A stretch of DNA of 32,993 bases, taken from a virus (taxonomy: Duplodnaviria; Caudoviricetes). Of this stretch, positions 18,042 through 27,056 are shown in pieces (position 1 is the stretch's first letter; every line of letters begins with the position of its first letter). Under the pieces are notes generated by a model. It was not told where the DNA came from and did not search any database. It saw only the letters and a list, made by a program, of their open reading frames with translations. Made by a program: the position numbers and the translations under genes. The DNA is taken from IMG/VR virus record IMGVR_UViG_3300050162_000106, positions 1 through 32,993 of that record, one strand, 5' to 3'.

Positions 18042-18485
18042 TTAGTCCTCCTCGCTGCGCGTTTCCACGCCCTCGGCTTCCTTGAAGCCCTTGGCCTCGG
18101 GGTCGATCTGGTCCACGCCGGTCTTGACGCCATCGCCCAGGGCCTCCGCGTGGCTCTCAATCTTGGCCTTGGTGTTCTTGACAATGTGGCCATTGCGAAC
18201 GGCATCCACATTGTGCGTCGCTACCCAGTCGTCAAACCATTCCTCAGGCACGTTATGCGTGATGCCCCAGCGGCCACTCACGGCCAGCGAGGTGACGATG
18301 GCCTTGGGGTGGTTTGCTCCGGCCAGCGTGAGCTTGGCGCCAGCGTGATGAATGGTGAAGCCGTGGGGGAGGTTGCACGCAATGGAGCATTTGGCGCCGG
18401 TGCCGCCCGCCTTTTCGATAGCGTCCGGGAGCTTGGCCACGGTGAGCGTGGGCGCGCTCATTGGGTTACTGGTAATGTCGGTCAT
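18042..18485 (-). CDS. putative head completion / structural protein
   Basis: ACNLPHG, WGITHNV..E.FD.W, KTG.DQIDP; conserved position after the capsid gene; AGAGG RBS. Confidence 0.6.
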   Translation of the reverse strand: MTDITSNPMSAPTLTVAKLPDAIEKAGGTGAKCSIACNLPHGFTIHHAGAKLTLAGANHPKAIVTSLAVSGRWGITHNVPEEWFDDWVATHNVDAVRNGHIVKNTKAKIESHAEALGDGVKTGVDQIDPEAKGFKEAEGVETRSEED

Positions 18486-18510
18486 GGTTGCCTCTTTCTC
18501 GGCTAGAGGG

Positions 18511-18547
18511 AAGAAAAACGGCCCCCGAGCGTAAACCCGGGGGCCGT
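18511..18547 (-). terminator. rho-independent terminator downstream of the major capsid gene
   Basis: Minus strand ACGGCCCCCGGG-TTTACG-CTCGGGGGCCGT followed by TTTTCTT. Confidence 0.85.
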
Positions 18548-18584
18548 CCGCACCGCCCCGCCCGAGTGCAGGGCGGCGAAGCGT

Positions 18585-19655
18585 TTAGATGCCCAGCATC
18601 TGAGCCATAGCGATGGGGTAACGCATGATGAAACCCCAAGTGCCCGCGCTCTTTTTCTGAGCCCACGAGCTGCTCTTTTGGATCACGGCATGGTTGCGGA
18701 GCTTTTCGGTAAAGCCGCAATATGTCGTGTCCTTGCCGTCCACCTTGTCCAAGCGGAGCTGAGCCAGCGAGCCGCCCGAGGTGTCCATTTCCGGCGCGGT
18801 CACAACCTTGAGGTTGGGGAAACCGCGCTTGATATATTGGCCCGCCGTATAGCTGCCGAAGCTGTTGGCGTTCTCCAGATAAATGTCCTTTTCCGGCGAG
18901 ATAACCAAGGTCATCGCGTCGTCCTTCCGGGCGTTGCCGCCCATCTGGCTCTGGAGCTGGGAGAACAACGCCTGAATATCCGCGTAAATCTGCTCCGGCG
19001 GGGTGCCCGGGCCCCATTCGGTGGTGCTGGGGCCGCCGGTCTTGGTGGTCGGAGCAATGGGCGCGAACAAGGAGGGATCGTTCAAGGAACCATAGAGCGT
19101 GAGGCCCGAAATGCCGTAAAAGTTGCTCTTGTTCTGGAACTTGGACAGGTTGAGCGCGGCGGCCACGGACTGCTCCGAGATATACGCCACCCCGGCCAGC
19201 GCCTCCACGTCCACCTCGCGCTCGCCCCAGCGTGCGAAAGTCTGGAAGTGATAGCTTTTGCGATAGACGAAATTCACGTTGTGGCCCGAGCGGCCGCTTT
19301 CGCTGTAATCGCCATACGAGCTCACAAAGCCCGTGCTTTCGATCACGCGAAATTCCGTGGAATACGTGGTCCAGTTGCCCTTTTGCGTGGAGCCGTAAGC
19401 CTCCTCGGACTTCATGGGCTGAGTGACAACGCGGATTTCCTCCTGATCCACCAGATTGGCGAGATAGGCGGGGATAGCCGCGTTTGCCGTGGTCACAATG
19501 CCCGGAACCGCGTCCATGGCCAGCCCGGGAAGCTCCCGGCGCATGGCGTCCATGGCGAGGCGCGGGCGCTCGTGCATAGCCGGGGTTACAATGGTGGCGG
19601 TGGGCGAGACGTGCACGCCATGCGCCACCAGACGGTCAAAATCAGAACGGCGCAT
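18585..19655 (-). CDS. major capsid protein (DUF2184-like, HK97 fold)
   Basis: NAAIPAYL, KG.WT, SYGDYS, R.SYHFQT..RWGERE, L.KFQN...FYGI.GL..YG.LNDP, FTEKLR.H, QKKS.GTWG, AQMLGI; followed by a strong terminator. Confidence 0.92.
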   Translation of the reverse strand: MRRSDFDRLVAHGVHVSPTATIVTPAMHERPRLAMDAMRRELPGLAMDAVPGIVTTANAAIPAYLANLVDQEEIRVVTQPMKSEEAYGSTQKGNWTTYSTEFRVIESTGFVSSYGDYSESGRSGHNVNFVYRKSYHFQTFARWGEREVDVEALAGVAYISEQSVAAALNLSKFQNKSNFYGISGLTLYGSLNDPSLFAPIAPTTKTGGPSTTEWGPGTPPEQIYADIQALFSQLQSQMGGNARKDDAMTLVISPEKDIYLENANSFGSYTAGQYIKRGFPNLKVVTAPEMDTSGGSLAQLRLDKVDGKDTTYCGFTEKLRNHAVIQKSSSWAQKKSAGTWGFIMRYPIAMAQMLGI

Positions 19656-19660
19656 AGTCT

Positions 19661-20161
19661 TTAGCTCCCGATGCCAATGATTGCTTGCTCACCCACGGCG
19701 GCCGCCGAGAGGAAGGACCACGGGGTTTCGACATACCCCGAAATGGTGGCGCCCGCCGCACCCGGCTGGACGGAGCCGTCCGTGGTGCTGGCAAAAGCCT
19801 TGAGGCCGATAGTGGCGGCCCCCACGGTCACGTCCACGAGGACGTCCGCGTCCTCGTGAAGCACAATCGCGTTGCCGCCGTTGAGCACCATAGAGGCGCC
19901 CACCAACCCCGTGGTGAGGAAGCCCCCCGGCTGGCCCTCGCGCGCGGCGAAGCCCAGACGAGCCACGCCTGAGCCGGGCTTGGCATTGGAGACGACACCG
20001 GCCGCGTTGGCCCATGCAAAGCGGCCGAGGGTGACACCGGCGGACGTGGCCACGAGGGCACTGTCACCGGCCACCATAGCCTTGCGCGGGTTGTCGCTTG
20101 CGAAGTCCCCCGCCACGCCAATGCCGGGGAAGCGGTTCACCTGAGTTTGAAAACCGGTCAT
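19661..20161 (-). CDS. capsid cement/decoration protein
   Basis: GFQTQVN..PG.GVAGDFAS.NPR, GV.LGRFAW; lies between protease and capsid. Confidence 0.8.
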   Translation of the reverse strand: MTGFQTQVNRFPGIGVAGDFASDNPRKAMVAGDSALVATSAGVTLGRFAWANAAGVVSNAKPGSGVARLGFAAREGQPGGFLTTGLVGASMVLNGGNAIVLHEDADVLVDVTVGAATIGLKAFASTTDGSVQPGAAGATISGYVETPWSFLSAAAVGEQAIIGIGS

Positions 20162-20164
20162 ACC

Positions 20165-21448
20165 TTAGTTGCTCCGCGAAATACGGCTGGCGACAGGGAG
20201 GACGCCATCCAAGGGGCTCTTGGCGCCAGCCGGGGCGCTATCCGATGCGAACGAACGGCCCGAGGGGGCGCCGGGGAGCATATCCACCATTGCCTCCAGA
20301 GCGGCCGTTTCCTTGACGCCCCGGTGGCTCACCCCGTGAACGTCCAGAGCCTTGCGATAGAGCGCCGAAGCGCCGCCGGGCAGGGCGTCCATGGCCACGC
20401 GCACGCGGCCAATATGAGGCGCCACCTTGTCGCAAGCGCGCTGCCATGCGCCGATTTCAGCCACCACGGCCTTGCGGATAGCGTCCGCGTCCATGGCCTT
20501 GGCGGGCTTGCGGATAGCGTCCGCGTCCATGGCCTTGGCGGGCTTGCGGTCGTTGGCCTTGGCGGGCTTGTCCTTGTCGTCCTCGCCCTCGCCGGGCTTG
20601 TCCTCGGGGTCCTCGTCCTCGGCTTCCGCCTTGGGCTTGAAATGGGAGGCCACGGCGCCCCATTCGTCATCGGTCAGCTTGCCCCGGATTTCCTCGGGGA
20701 TGCCGTCCATGGCGTTGGGGTCGGGGTTGAGCTCGTCATCATCGGCGCCCTCGTCCACGTCCTTGTTTTCCTCCTCCTCAATCGCGGAACCCGCGCCCAG
20801 AAGGTCCACCAGCTCCTCGGTGGAAATGTCCGCGTCATTGGCGAAAAGCCCCCGGGCCTTACGCACAAAGCGGTCAAAAGCATTTTTCTTCATGCGTAGC
20901 CCTTTCGGCAATGCGTCATTGACCTTTACGTCACGCCCCGCGCGCCCTCGGTCCACGAGGGCCACGTGGTTAGGGGCGAGATTAACCATTCGGCCGTCAT
21001 AGCGCAAGCCCTTGAAAACTCCGGGTTCCATAACGGGTTCGTAACCGTAAGAAGCGGAAAGCTCATGCTTTTCCTCTGCCTCCACTGCGTCAATGTCCTT
21101 TTGGTCCCAAATCGTGAGCTGGGGCGTGCGGACATATTCCCCGTCAAAATAGCACCCGTGACCAACCACGCCCGCTTGGTGCTTCTTTTCCGGCTTCTCG
21201 GAACGTACCTCTACGTGCTCGTCCAGCAAGGGCTTGTTGCCCCACAAGGGGGCCGCCTTCTCCAGCTCCTCGGGCGGCCGGAGCATCATGTAAATGCGGT
21301 CCGGCTCCAGCCCCAAACGGTCGTAATCGGGAATTTCCTTCCCGTAGTAGCCGTTCACAGTGGCTTTGGTGATGGGGCAATCCGCAACGTGGAGGTGGCC
21401 ATCTTCGTCCACCCGGCGCGCGCTGGAGCGATCAAAAGCAATACGCAT
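20165..21448 (-). CDS. prohead protease / scaffold (DUF2213-like)
   Basis: I.KA.VN.YYG.EIP, LRPPEEL, ELSASY, G..YDG.M.N...NHVALV..GRAG.DV.V.D protease domain plus acidic scaffold tail; GGAGG RBS. Confidence 0.9.
   Translation of the reverse strand: MRIAFDRSSARRVDEDGHLHVADCPITKATVNGYYGKEIPDYDRLGLEPDRIYMMLRPPEELEKAAPLWGNKPLLDEHVEVRSEKPEKKHQAGVVGHGCYFDGEYVRTPQLTIWDQKDIDAVEAEEKHELSASYGYEPVMEPGVFKGLRYDGRMVNLAPNHVALVDRGRAGRDVKVNDALPKGLRMKKNAFDRFVRKARGLFANDADISTEELVDLLGAGSAIEEEENKDVDEGADDDELNPDPNAMDGIPEEIRGKLTDDEWGAVASHFKPKAEAEDEDPEDKPGEGEDDKDKPAKANDRKPAKAMDADAIRKPAKAMDADAIRKAVVAEIGAWQRACDKVAPHIGRVRVAMDALPGGASALYRKALDVHGVSHRGVKETAALEAMVDMLPGAPSGRSFASDSAPAGAKSPLDGVLPVASRISRSN
20471..20549 (-). repeat. 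36-bp in-frame tandem repeat (about 2.2 copies) in the scaffold domain
   Basis: cttgcggatagcgtccgcgtccatggccttggcggg at 20471-20506 and 20507-20542, plus 7 nt; encodes RKPAKAMDADAI twice. Confidence 0.95.
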
Positions 21449-21486
21449 TAGGGGGCCTCCACCTTAAAACGGAGCGGCTTGATCAG

Positions 21487-21789
21487 TCACTCTCCGGGGT
21501 CCAGCAAGGACCATGCGCGCATTACCAGCAGCGCGGAAGGGTAACCCTGCCCGATCCGGTCTTTGATTAGCGCCACGTCTTCCACGCTTACATCGATGGG
21601 TGCGCTGGAGCCAAAGATACGCTCGGCCAGCTTTGCCCGGCGAACCTTTTGTTCACCAGATGTTTGTTCATTGGGCAAAGGCGCGCAAAGTGCTTCAATA
21701 GCCATATGGCCAAGCGTCATAGGCTTTTCTTCAATGCAGATCGCTTCGCCCGAAAGCGCGGTAATTTGGCTAGAAAAATCAATTTTCAC
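21487..21789 (-). CDS. hypothetical protein (100 aa), possible fibre-associated chaperone
   Basis: AAGGAGG RBS with GTG start; last gene of the inserted cassette, after a fibre-like gene. Confidence 0.7.
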   Translation of the reverse strand: MKIDFSSQITALSGEAICIEEKPMTLGHMAIEALCAPLPNEQTSGEQKVRRAKLAERIFGSSAPIDVSVEDVALIKDRIGQGYPSALLVMRAWSLLDPGE

Positions 21790-21807
21790 GAGTATTCCTC
21801 CTTAAGT

Positions 21808-23298
21808 TCAAGCAGCGCGGACCATCACAGCCGAACCGTTACGGTAAAAGTCGCCAACCAACAAGCCGCCCGCCGCTGCCGCCGCATCATTGGCATAGCT
21901 GCGCACATTCCCAATCGGGATGTTAAGCGCTCCGTTGCCTTGCGGGGTAAGCTGAATGCCGACGTTGGCATCACTTCCGTATGCCGCGAACTGCACCTTA
22001 TTGCCAGTGGCAGAAGGCACGACGCCGGGATAGTTTACGCTGGACGTTCCAATGTTCTCAATGCGGAAAATCCACTTACCGCTAGTGAAGTTGCTGACGG
22101 TAACGCGGTCGTCGGAAAGGTTAAGAGTGGCTCCCTTGTCCGCCGTGGTCGCGGTGCCATAAATTGCCGAAACTTGGTGGCTAGCGGCATACCAAAGCTG
22201 CCCATGGCCCTTTGCAAAACTGATCGCTTCGGCAGTCCCAGTAACACCGTCCGAACCAGCAAGCGAGTTGCTTCCGAAAACAAGACCGCGCTTAAACTTT
22301 GCGCCGTTATCGCGAACGTTGATCGCAAAGCTAACGTCGAAAACACCGCTTATCGACTCCCCGCCGCTTGCGATCTGGATCGCCCCAATCTGATTACCTG
22401 CTTGAGAATAGGGCTGCGTTACGGGAGTTGTGGCGTTAACGTAATTGATTGCGTCAAATTCAGATGCGTAAGTAGGGCCAACAGCAGAGCTATCTCTTTG
22501 GCCTTCAAAATAGCCGCCCCAAGCGCCGGTTCCCAGCGTTGAGTTATTGTTTAGGCCGATGCTCAAAATGCCAATCGCGTTTCTGGCATCGGTGTAGTTT
22601 TTCGTTTGCGCACCAACAACAACCGCATTGCTGGAGTATGGGGCGTCGTCGTTCAAAATACCGACTTGCGCGCCCTGCAAGAACCCAAATGAGTGGCCCT
22701 TAGATAGCTGGAATACTGTAAGCCAATCAGGTTGCGAACCCGCATCAGTGCCGAGATTTTTAGTCGCGCCAGCAATAAAAACGCGGTCGTTAAAGCGCTG
22801 AATTTTGGCACCGTCATCCGCATAGAAAAAGCCGGTGCTTATCTGACTAGCCACTTCCAGCGCTGTTTCCAACGCTTGCATGCCCGCTTTGGCGCTCACG
22901 TTATCGGGAATGGTATACCCCGAAAATGTCCCCATGTTATTTGCGGTAGGGGCCACGCCAAGCGCCGCAGCGTTAGCTTTTCCGATCCCCGTAGACCCCT
23001 GAATTTCCGCAATGTCGGAGGCCAAAAAGGTAAAGCTCACCAGAACCCCCGCCGGGAAGTCTACGGGAGCGCCTCCATTCGTGCTGCTTGAAACAGTTCG
23101 GGATAGAGACCGGGTTGCAGACGTAAAGGTCCCCACGCCGACCTCTACACGAGAGTCTTGCTGGACTGAGTAGGAATAGCTCGCCCCGTCCGTAAGCCGC
23201 TCAGCTCCAAAAAATCCCGTCGCGGCTTCCCCCAATACAAAAGCCCCCGTGCCTGAGGAGCTGGCCACGATGCACACGCAATCCACGAAACTGTTCAT
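21808..23298 (-). CDS. fibre/spike-like protein (496 aa)
   Basis: N-terminal ~95 aa (D.V.....GTG...LG.A.TGF...EVG.GT....LSR.V.SS.NGG..VDF.AG) resemble a common phage fibre anchor domain; the rest is G/S/A/N-rich beta structure. Confidence 0.6.
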   Translation of the reverse strand: MNSFVDCVCIVASSSGTGAFVLGEAATGFFGAERLTDGASYSYSVQQDSRVEVGVGTFTSATRSLSRTVSSSTNGGAPVDFPAGVLVSFTFLASDIAEIQGSTGIGKANAAALGVAPTANNMGTFSGYTIPDNVSAKAGMQALETALEVASQISTGFFYADDGAKIQRFNDRVFIAGATKNLGTDAGSQPDWLTVFQLSKGHSFGFLQGAQVGILNDDAPYSSNAVVVGAQTKNYTDARNAIGILSIGLNNNSTLGTGAWGGYFEGQRDSSAVGPTYASEFDAINYVNATTPVTQPYSQAGNQIGAIQIASGGESISGVFDVSFAINVRDNGAKFKRGLVFGSNSLAGSDGVTGTAEAISFAKGHGQLWYAASHQVSAIYGTATTADKGATLNLSDDRVTVSNFTSGKWIFRIENIGTSSVNYPGVVPSATGNKVQFAAYGSDANVGIQLTPQGNGALNIPIGNVRSYANDAAAAAGGLLVGDFYRNGSAVMVRAA

Positions 23299-23312
23299 CC
23301 CATTTAATCCTT

Positions 23313-26096
23313 TTATTTCTCGTAACAGCCGATAGCTCCGGTCCCATCCTGCCTGCGCGCTACCCCGTCAAGGTCAAAGCGCAGAGGCTGGGTTATGGCC
23401 ATACCGATCATGGTAGAACCGTTGGCAAGGTGGTAGTCGCCGTTTCCAGTGCCGCCACCAGTGCCCATGTTGGTTTTGTCGTTCACAAACTGCGCGCTGA
23501 CATTGCTAGAGTTGAACACGTTATAGAGGCTGTTTACGCCGAAACGCAGGCCTGCATAGCCTTGCGGTCCAAGCAAGCCGCTCCCTTGCGAGCCTAACAG
23601 CGACATATTACGCGCCGTACCCACCCAATAAGCGCCAGAATAAACCTGACAGCGATTGCCGCTACGGACAGGGGTTGCGTGCGAATTGCTATCCCAAATC
23701 ACATTGACTGTTGTATAGATATTGTTCGCACGATACCAGCTACGTGAAAGAGGCGTATTTGGGTCGTCATTGTATGGGCCGTTGCAGCGGTCGCCAACAT
23801 AGGTGTTTCCCGCCTCGACAAAGTAGGTCAGGCCGATGTTGCCGCCGTCTGCCGCGATTTCATAGCACTTGTCCGAACCGCCACCTACGGCGCTTTCAAT
23901 CAAGTTGTTGAGCATGGCGGCCCCAACACTCGGTATTCCGGTGTCCGCCGTGGTGCCGACGGCATTCAGGATGAGCAGCTTGCCGCCAGTTGTCCCCGTC
24001 ACGCCGCGAATTTCATTGTTAGCTACAATGATGGACTTTGGCAGAATGATGCCGGACGAAGTGCCGCGCCCGTTTCTCACCATATTCGCGCCGGTCATCT
24101 TGTTTCCAATGATGTTTGACGCATGGATTTCAAGCGTTCCGGCGCAACGATTGCCCGCCATCAAAGCGGGCTGCGCACGTGCGTTTTGGTTTCCGGTAGT
24201 GAACACCGTGGAGATCACATTGTTGACGTACCAGACAGCGCCCACGCGATTGATCACCTCGGGCGCGGTGCCGCCGGTTACGCCGGTAATCGTGCCGTTA
24301 GCCACAACATAGCTGGAAGTGATCAAGCCAAATGTGGTTGCGCCATCCGTAGCTGGATCAAGGATGATGTTGCCGTTACCGCTGCTAGTGGCGGTCAGGT
24401 TCACCCCGTCAAGATAGGCCATTTTAGGGCCGGTTTTGGTTGCGCCCGTGGTAATGGATGCAGTTGGCGTGGTAGGATCCGGTTTAATGTAGCAATACAG
24501 AGATCCAGACGCCAGCGCCGCAGCAGACGTTCCAATGCCACCATGCGCGCCGGTCAGCCACATTGTGCCGCCTGCCAGATTATTATGCGTGGTCAATCCT
24601 CCGCCTGCGGTGTTGTGATAAGTCACAAGAGCCGCCGCAGCCAGACCGATAGAGCCGTAGCTGTTTCCAGCATCAAAAGCCGTTTTGGAAGCAGCATAGG
24701 TGGCATAGACAGCGGGCGTACCTGCATTGGTGCCGGTGGCGTTGACGTGAGCGTGGCCGCGCTTAAACAGGCTGGCAGGATCATTGTAGAAGTGCCAGCG
24801 GGCCGGGGTGTCGCGAGTTGTCAGCAAGGGCGTAGTGGCAGCCGCAACATAGGTCCATACAACCGCGCCATCGGTGGTAGTTGTCGTGCCGGTAGGGCCG
24901 CCAGAGGATGCGCTGGTGCCTGCCGTGGTGCAGAGGTAGACGTTGCCGCCATTGACCACCACTTGATGCAGCATATAGGCCGTGCTGGCAGTCCAAGGCG
25001 CTCCATAGCCGTTCACCCGCGAGCGCCATACTGGGCCAATCCACGGGTAGAACTCGAATTCGATAAACCCGTCACCGGCAGCCAACCCCGAGGCGTCATT
25101 GCTGGTACGGTAGCATTCCACACCTCGCCCTGCTGGGCTGCTGGTTGTGATCCGGTTAGACAGAACGGAAGCTGTGCAGGTGGACCAGCCGGAAAGCGCG
25201 TTGTAACTAGCGTCGATTAGGCGGCTGCGCATCATAGCAATTTGCTGGCCATAGCCGATGAATGTAGCGATGCCCTGCGCAGGCACAAACTCCAACTCAA
25301 TCGTTGAGGTAGCAGAGCCTTGGATAACCTGATGCGGTGGCGTCAAGAGCGCCATCATCACCGGCTCCACCTGTAGTCCGCTGCTGTTTGTAATGCGGTC
25401 CAGCGGAATGCTGAACATCGCATTGTTGGACGTGCCGTTCGGCTGGTAGCAGCCGGAGCCAATGGAGGCGGACAGGATTTCAGTGGTCGCGTAAATAGGC
25501 GAGTCCAGAGCCACGCGCACGCGCACGTCACTGCCCGACACGTATTCCTGAAAGCCGGTATAGCTGCTGAAATCCAAGCAGACCCATGTAACCGTGCCGT
25601 CGGTAATGCTTTCGCCTACCGTGGGGGTTGTGCCGCTCGTCATCTTGGTCGGGCGTGTCGCGCCGGTAATGCCACCGCCAATGGTGTACCAAGAATAGTT
25701 GTTGGTGCCGGAAATGAACGAATTTGGCGCGACGGTGGTTAGCGCCGTCCAGTCAACCGGCCATACTTCCTTGATCGCCACGGTGCCCTTGACGGTGCGC
25801 GTTCGCCATACCTGTGTGCCGGTGGCGTCATAACCAAGGTCGCGCACATTAAACGTCAGGCTACTGAAATCAGGGATGGGATCACCGCCAGCGGAGACCG
25901 GATACATCTTACGCCGAGACATCCCTTTGAACGTGACCTCGGCACCAAATGCGGTGAGGTCAGGGGAGCCGCTGGGGTTGAGTGTGGAGACGGCCCCGTT
26001 GATGACGTTGATGGACAGAACATCACCAACGACGGGGCCAGCGGTACCACCAAGCGCCGCGATATTGGACGCGCCAGCCAGTAATCGCCACAGCAT
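23313..26096 (-). CDS. large carbohydrate-binding / parallel beta-helix protein (927 aa), candidate depolymerase or adhesin
   Basis: TAATG coupling at 26096. Two CBM5/12-like Trp repeats (WTALTT...TDGTVTW; WTASTAY...TDGAVVW). Asn-ladder region (VNN, AGN, IGN, ANN, LNN). C-terminal GDYHL...DLDG..R......IGCYE motif typical of beta-helix proteins. Confidence 0.65.
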   Translation of the reverse strand: MLWRLLAGASNIAALGGTAGPVVGDVLSINVINGAVSTLNPSGSPDLTAFGAEVTFKGMSRRKMYPVSAGGDPIPDFSSLTFNVRDLGYDATGTQVWRTRTVKGTVAIKEVWPVDWTALTTVAPNSFISGTNNYSWYTIGGGITGATRPTKMTSGTTPTVGESITDGTVTWVCLDFSSYTGFQEYVSGSDVRVRVALDSPIYATTEILSASIGSGCYQPNGTSNNAMFSIPLDRITNSSGLQVEPVMMALLTPPHQVIQGSATSTIELEFVPAQGIATFIGYGQQIAMMRSRLIDASYNALSGWSTCTASVLSNRITTSSPAGRGVECYRTSNDASGLAAGDGFIEFEFYPWIGPVWRSRVNGYGAPWTASTAYMLHQVVVNGGNVYLCTTAGTSASSGGPTGTTTTTDGAVVWTYVAAATTPLLTTRDTPARWHFYNDPASLFKRGHAHVNATGTNAGTPAVYATYAASKTAFDAGNSYGSIGLAAAALVTYHNTAGGGLTTHNNLAGGTMWLTGAHGGIGTSAAALASGSLYCYIKPDPTTPTASITTGATKTGPKMAYLDGVNLTATSSGNGNIILDPATDGATTFGLITSSYVVANGTITGVTGGTAPEVINRVGAVWYVNNVISTVFTTGNQNARAQPALMAGNRCAGTLEIHASNIIGNKMTGANMVRNGRGTSSGIILPKSIIVANNEIRGVTGTTGGKLLILNAVGTTADTGIPSVGAAMLNNLIESAVGGGSDKCYEIAADGGNIGLTYFVEAGNTYVGDRCNGPYNDDPNTPLSRSWYRANNIYTTVNVIWDSNSHATPVRSGNRCQVYSGAYWVGTARNMSLLGSQGSGLLGPQGYAGLRFGVNSLYNVFNSSNVSAQFVNDKTNMGTGGGTGNGDYHLANGSTMIGMAITQPLRFDLDGVARRQDGTGAIGCYEK

Positions 26097-26998
26097 TATG
26101 CGAAGCTCCCCACCCCGATCACCGTAACGTTTGCGCCCGTTGTGACCTTCCATGCGCCCGAAACCGACTTGGCGCCCAGAGGGACAAAAAACGGGACGAG
26201 GCTCGTGACGGAACTAGCGCCACCAGCAAACAGCGTAATCGCCGTCCCGCTTCCATCCTGAACCGACACTGCCCCCGGAGACGTGCTGAGCGGAGTAATT
26301 AGCAACCCCGTCAAAACATCACCAACCGCGCCCGTGGCGCCAAGAACCTGCGAGGTCGAAGAAGCTGCTACCGCTTCGTAGGCCGTTCCCGAAATAGCCG
26401 CCAGCGCCGCATTGGCCACGTCTTGCTTGGCCGCAGTCGACGCTCCGGCGGGGAGAGGCAGAGACGCCGCGCTTACCGCCTGCGTGGCCGGGAAATTCGA
26501 TACCGCTACCGATCCGCCCGCCTGCAAGGGCGAAACCGCCGAACCGTCCGCCGCAACAAGCATCGTGGCCAGTTGACCATTAAGACCAAACCATGCGTTT
26601 TGCCGCTGCCCTGAGGATACCGCCGTGGGCGCATTTGCATTTGCCTGCCCGCCGATTTTGATAGGGGCGTTAAGGTCCGTCATGCCCACACCACGGTCCC
26701 CGCTTACGGGGCCAGACGTGCGCAATGCCCCAACGCTATCGACGGTAAGGTAGACCACCTGCCCGTCAGACGGGACCATACCCGCTGCTTTGTATACGCC
26801 GCCAATCTGCACCGGATTGCCAGAAGCCGTTGTCAAATTGGCCGAATACCCTTGAATATTCGACGAACCGCCTCCGCCGCCGCCGCCGCCGCTGGTGGGC
26901 AAAGGGTTGGCGGCGGTTACCGGCTGAGGGTCGTCGTTCGCATCACGAAACCACACCTCTGCCATGGGATACCCCGGGACAAGACGGCCTCCAGTCAT
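26096..26998 (-). CDS. putative virion appendage/adaptor protein (300 aa)
   Basis: GAGGGAG RBS before ATG 26998; PVTAANPLP plus poly-Gly linker; C-terminal beta-sandwich-like region. Confidence 0.6.
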   Translation of the reverse strand: MTGGRLVPGYPMAEVWFRDANDDPQPVTAANPLPTSGGGGGGGGSSNIQGYSANLTTASGNPVQIGGVYKAAGMVPSDGQVVYLTVDSVGALRTSGPVSGDRGVGMTDLNAPIKIGGQANANAPTAVSSGQRQNAWFGLNGQLATMLVAADGSAVSPLQAGGSVAVSNFPATQAVSAASLPLPAGASTAAKQDVANAALAAISGTAYEAVAASSTSQVLGATGAVGDVLTGLLITPLSTSPGAVSVQDGSGTAITLFAGGASSVTSLVPFFVPLGAKSVSGAWKVTTGANVTVIGVGSFA

Positions 26999-27027
26999 AA
27001 AACACTCCCTCGATGAAATTCCCCACG

Positions 27028-27056
27028 ACTGTAACGCTTCGCCAGATACACGTCCA
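27028..27056 (-). promoter_or_regulatory. candidate sigma70-type promoter for the inserted cassette
   Basis: Minus strand TGGACG-17 nt-TACAGT in the short gap before the 26998 RBS. Confidence 0.35.

Noticed and set aside
20471-20549. 36-bp repeats as a possible CRISPR array
   Set aside because: Directly adjacent copies with no spacers, in frame inside a coding region.
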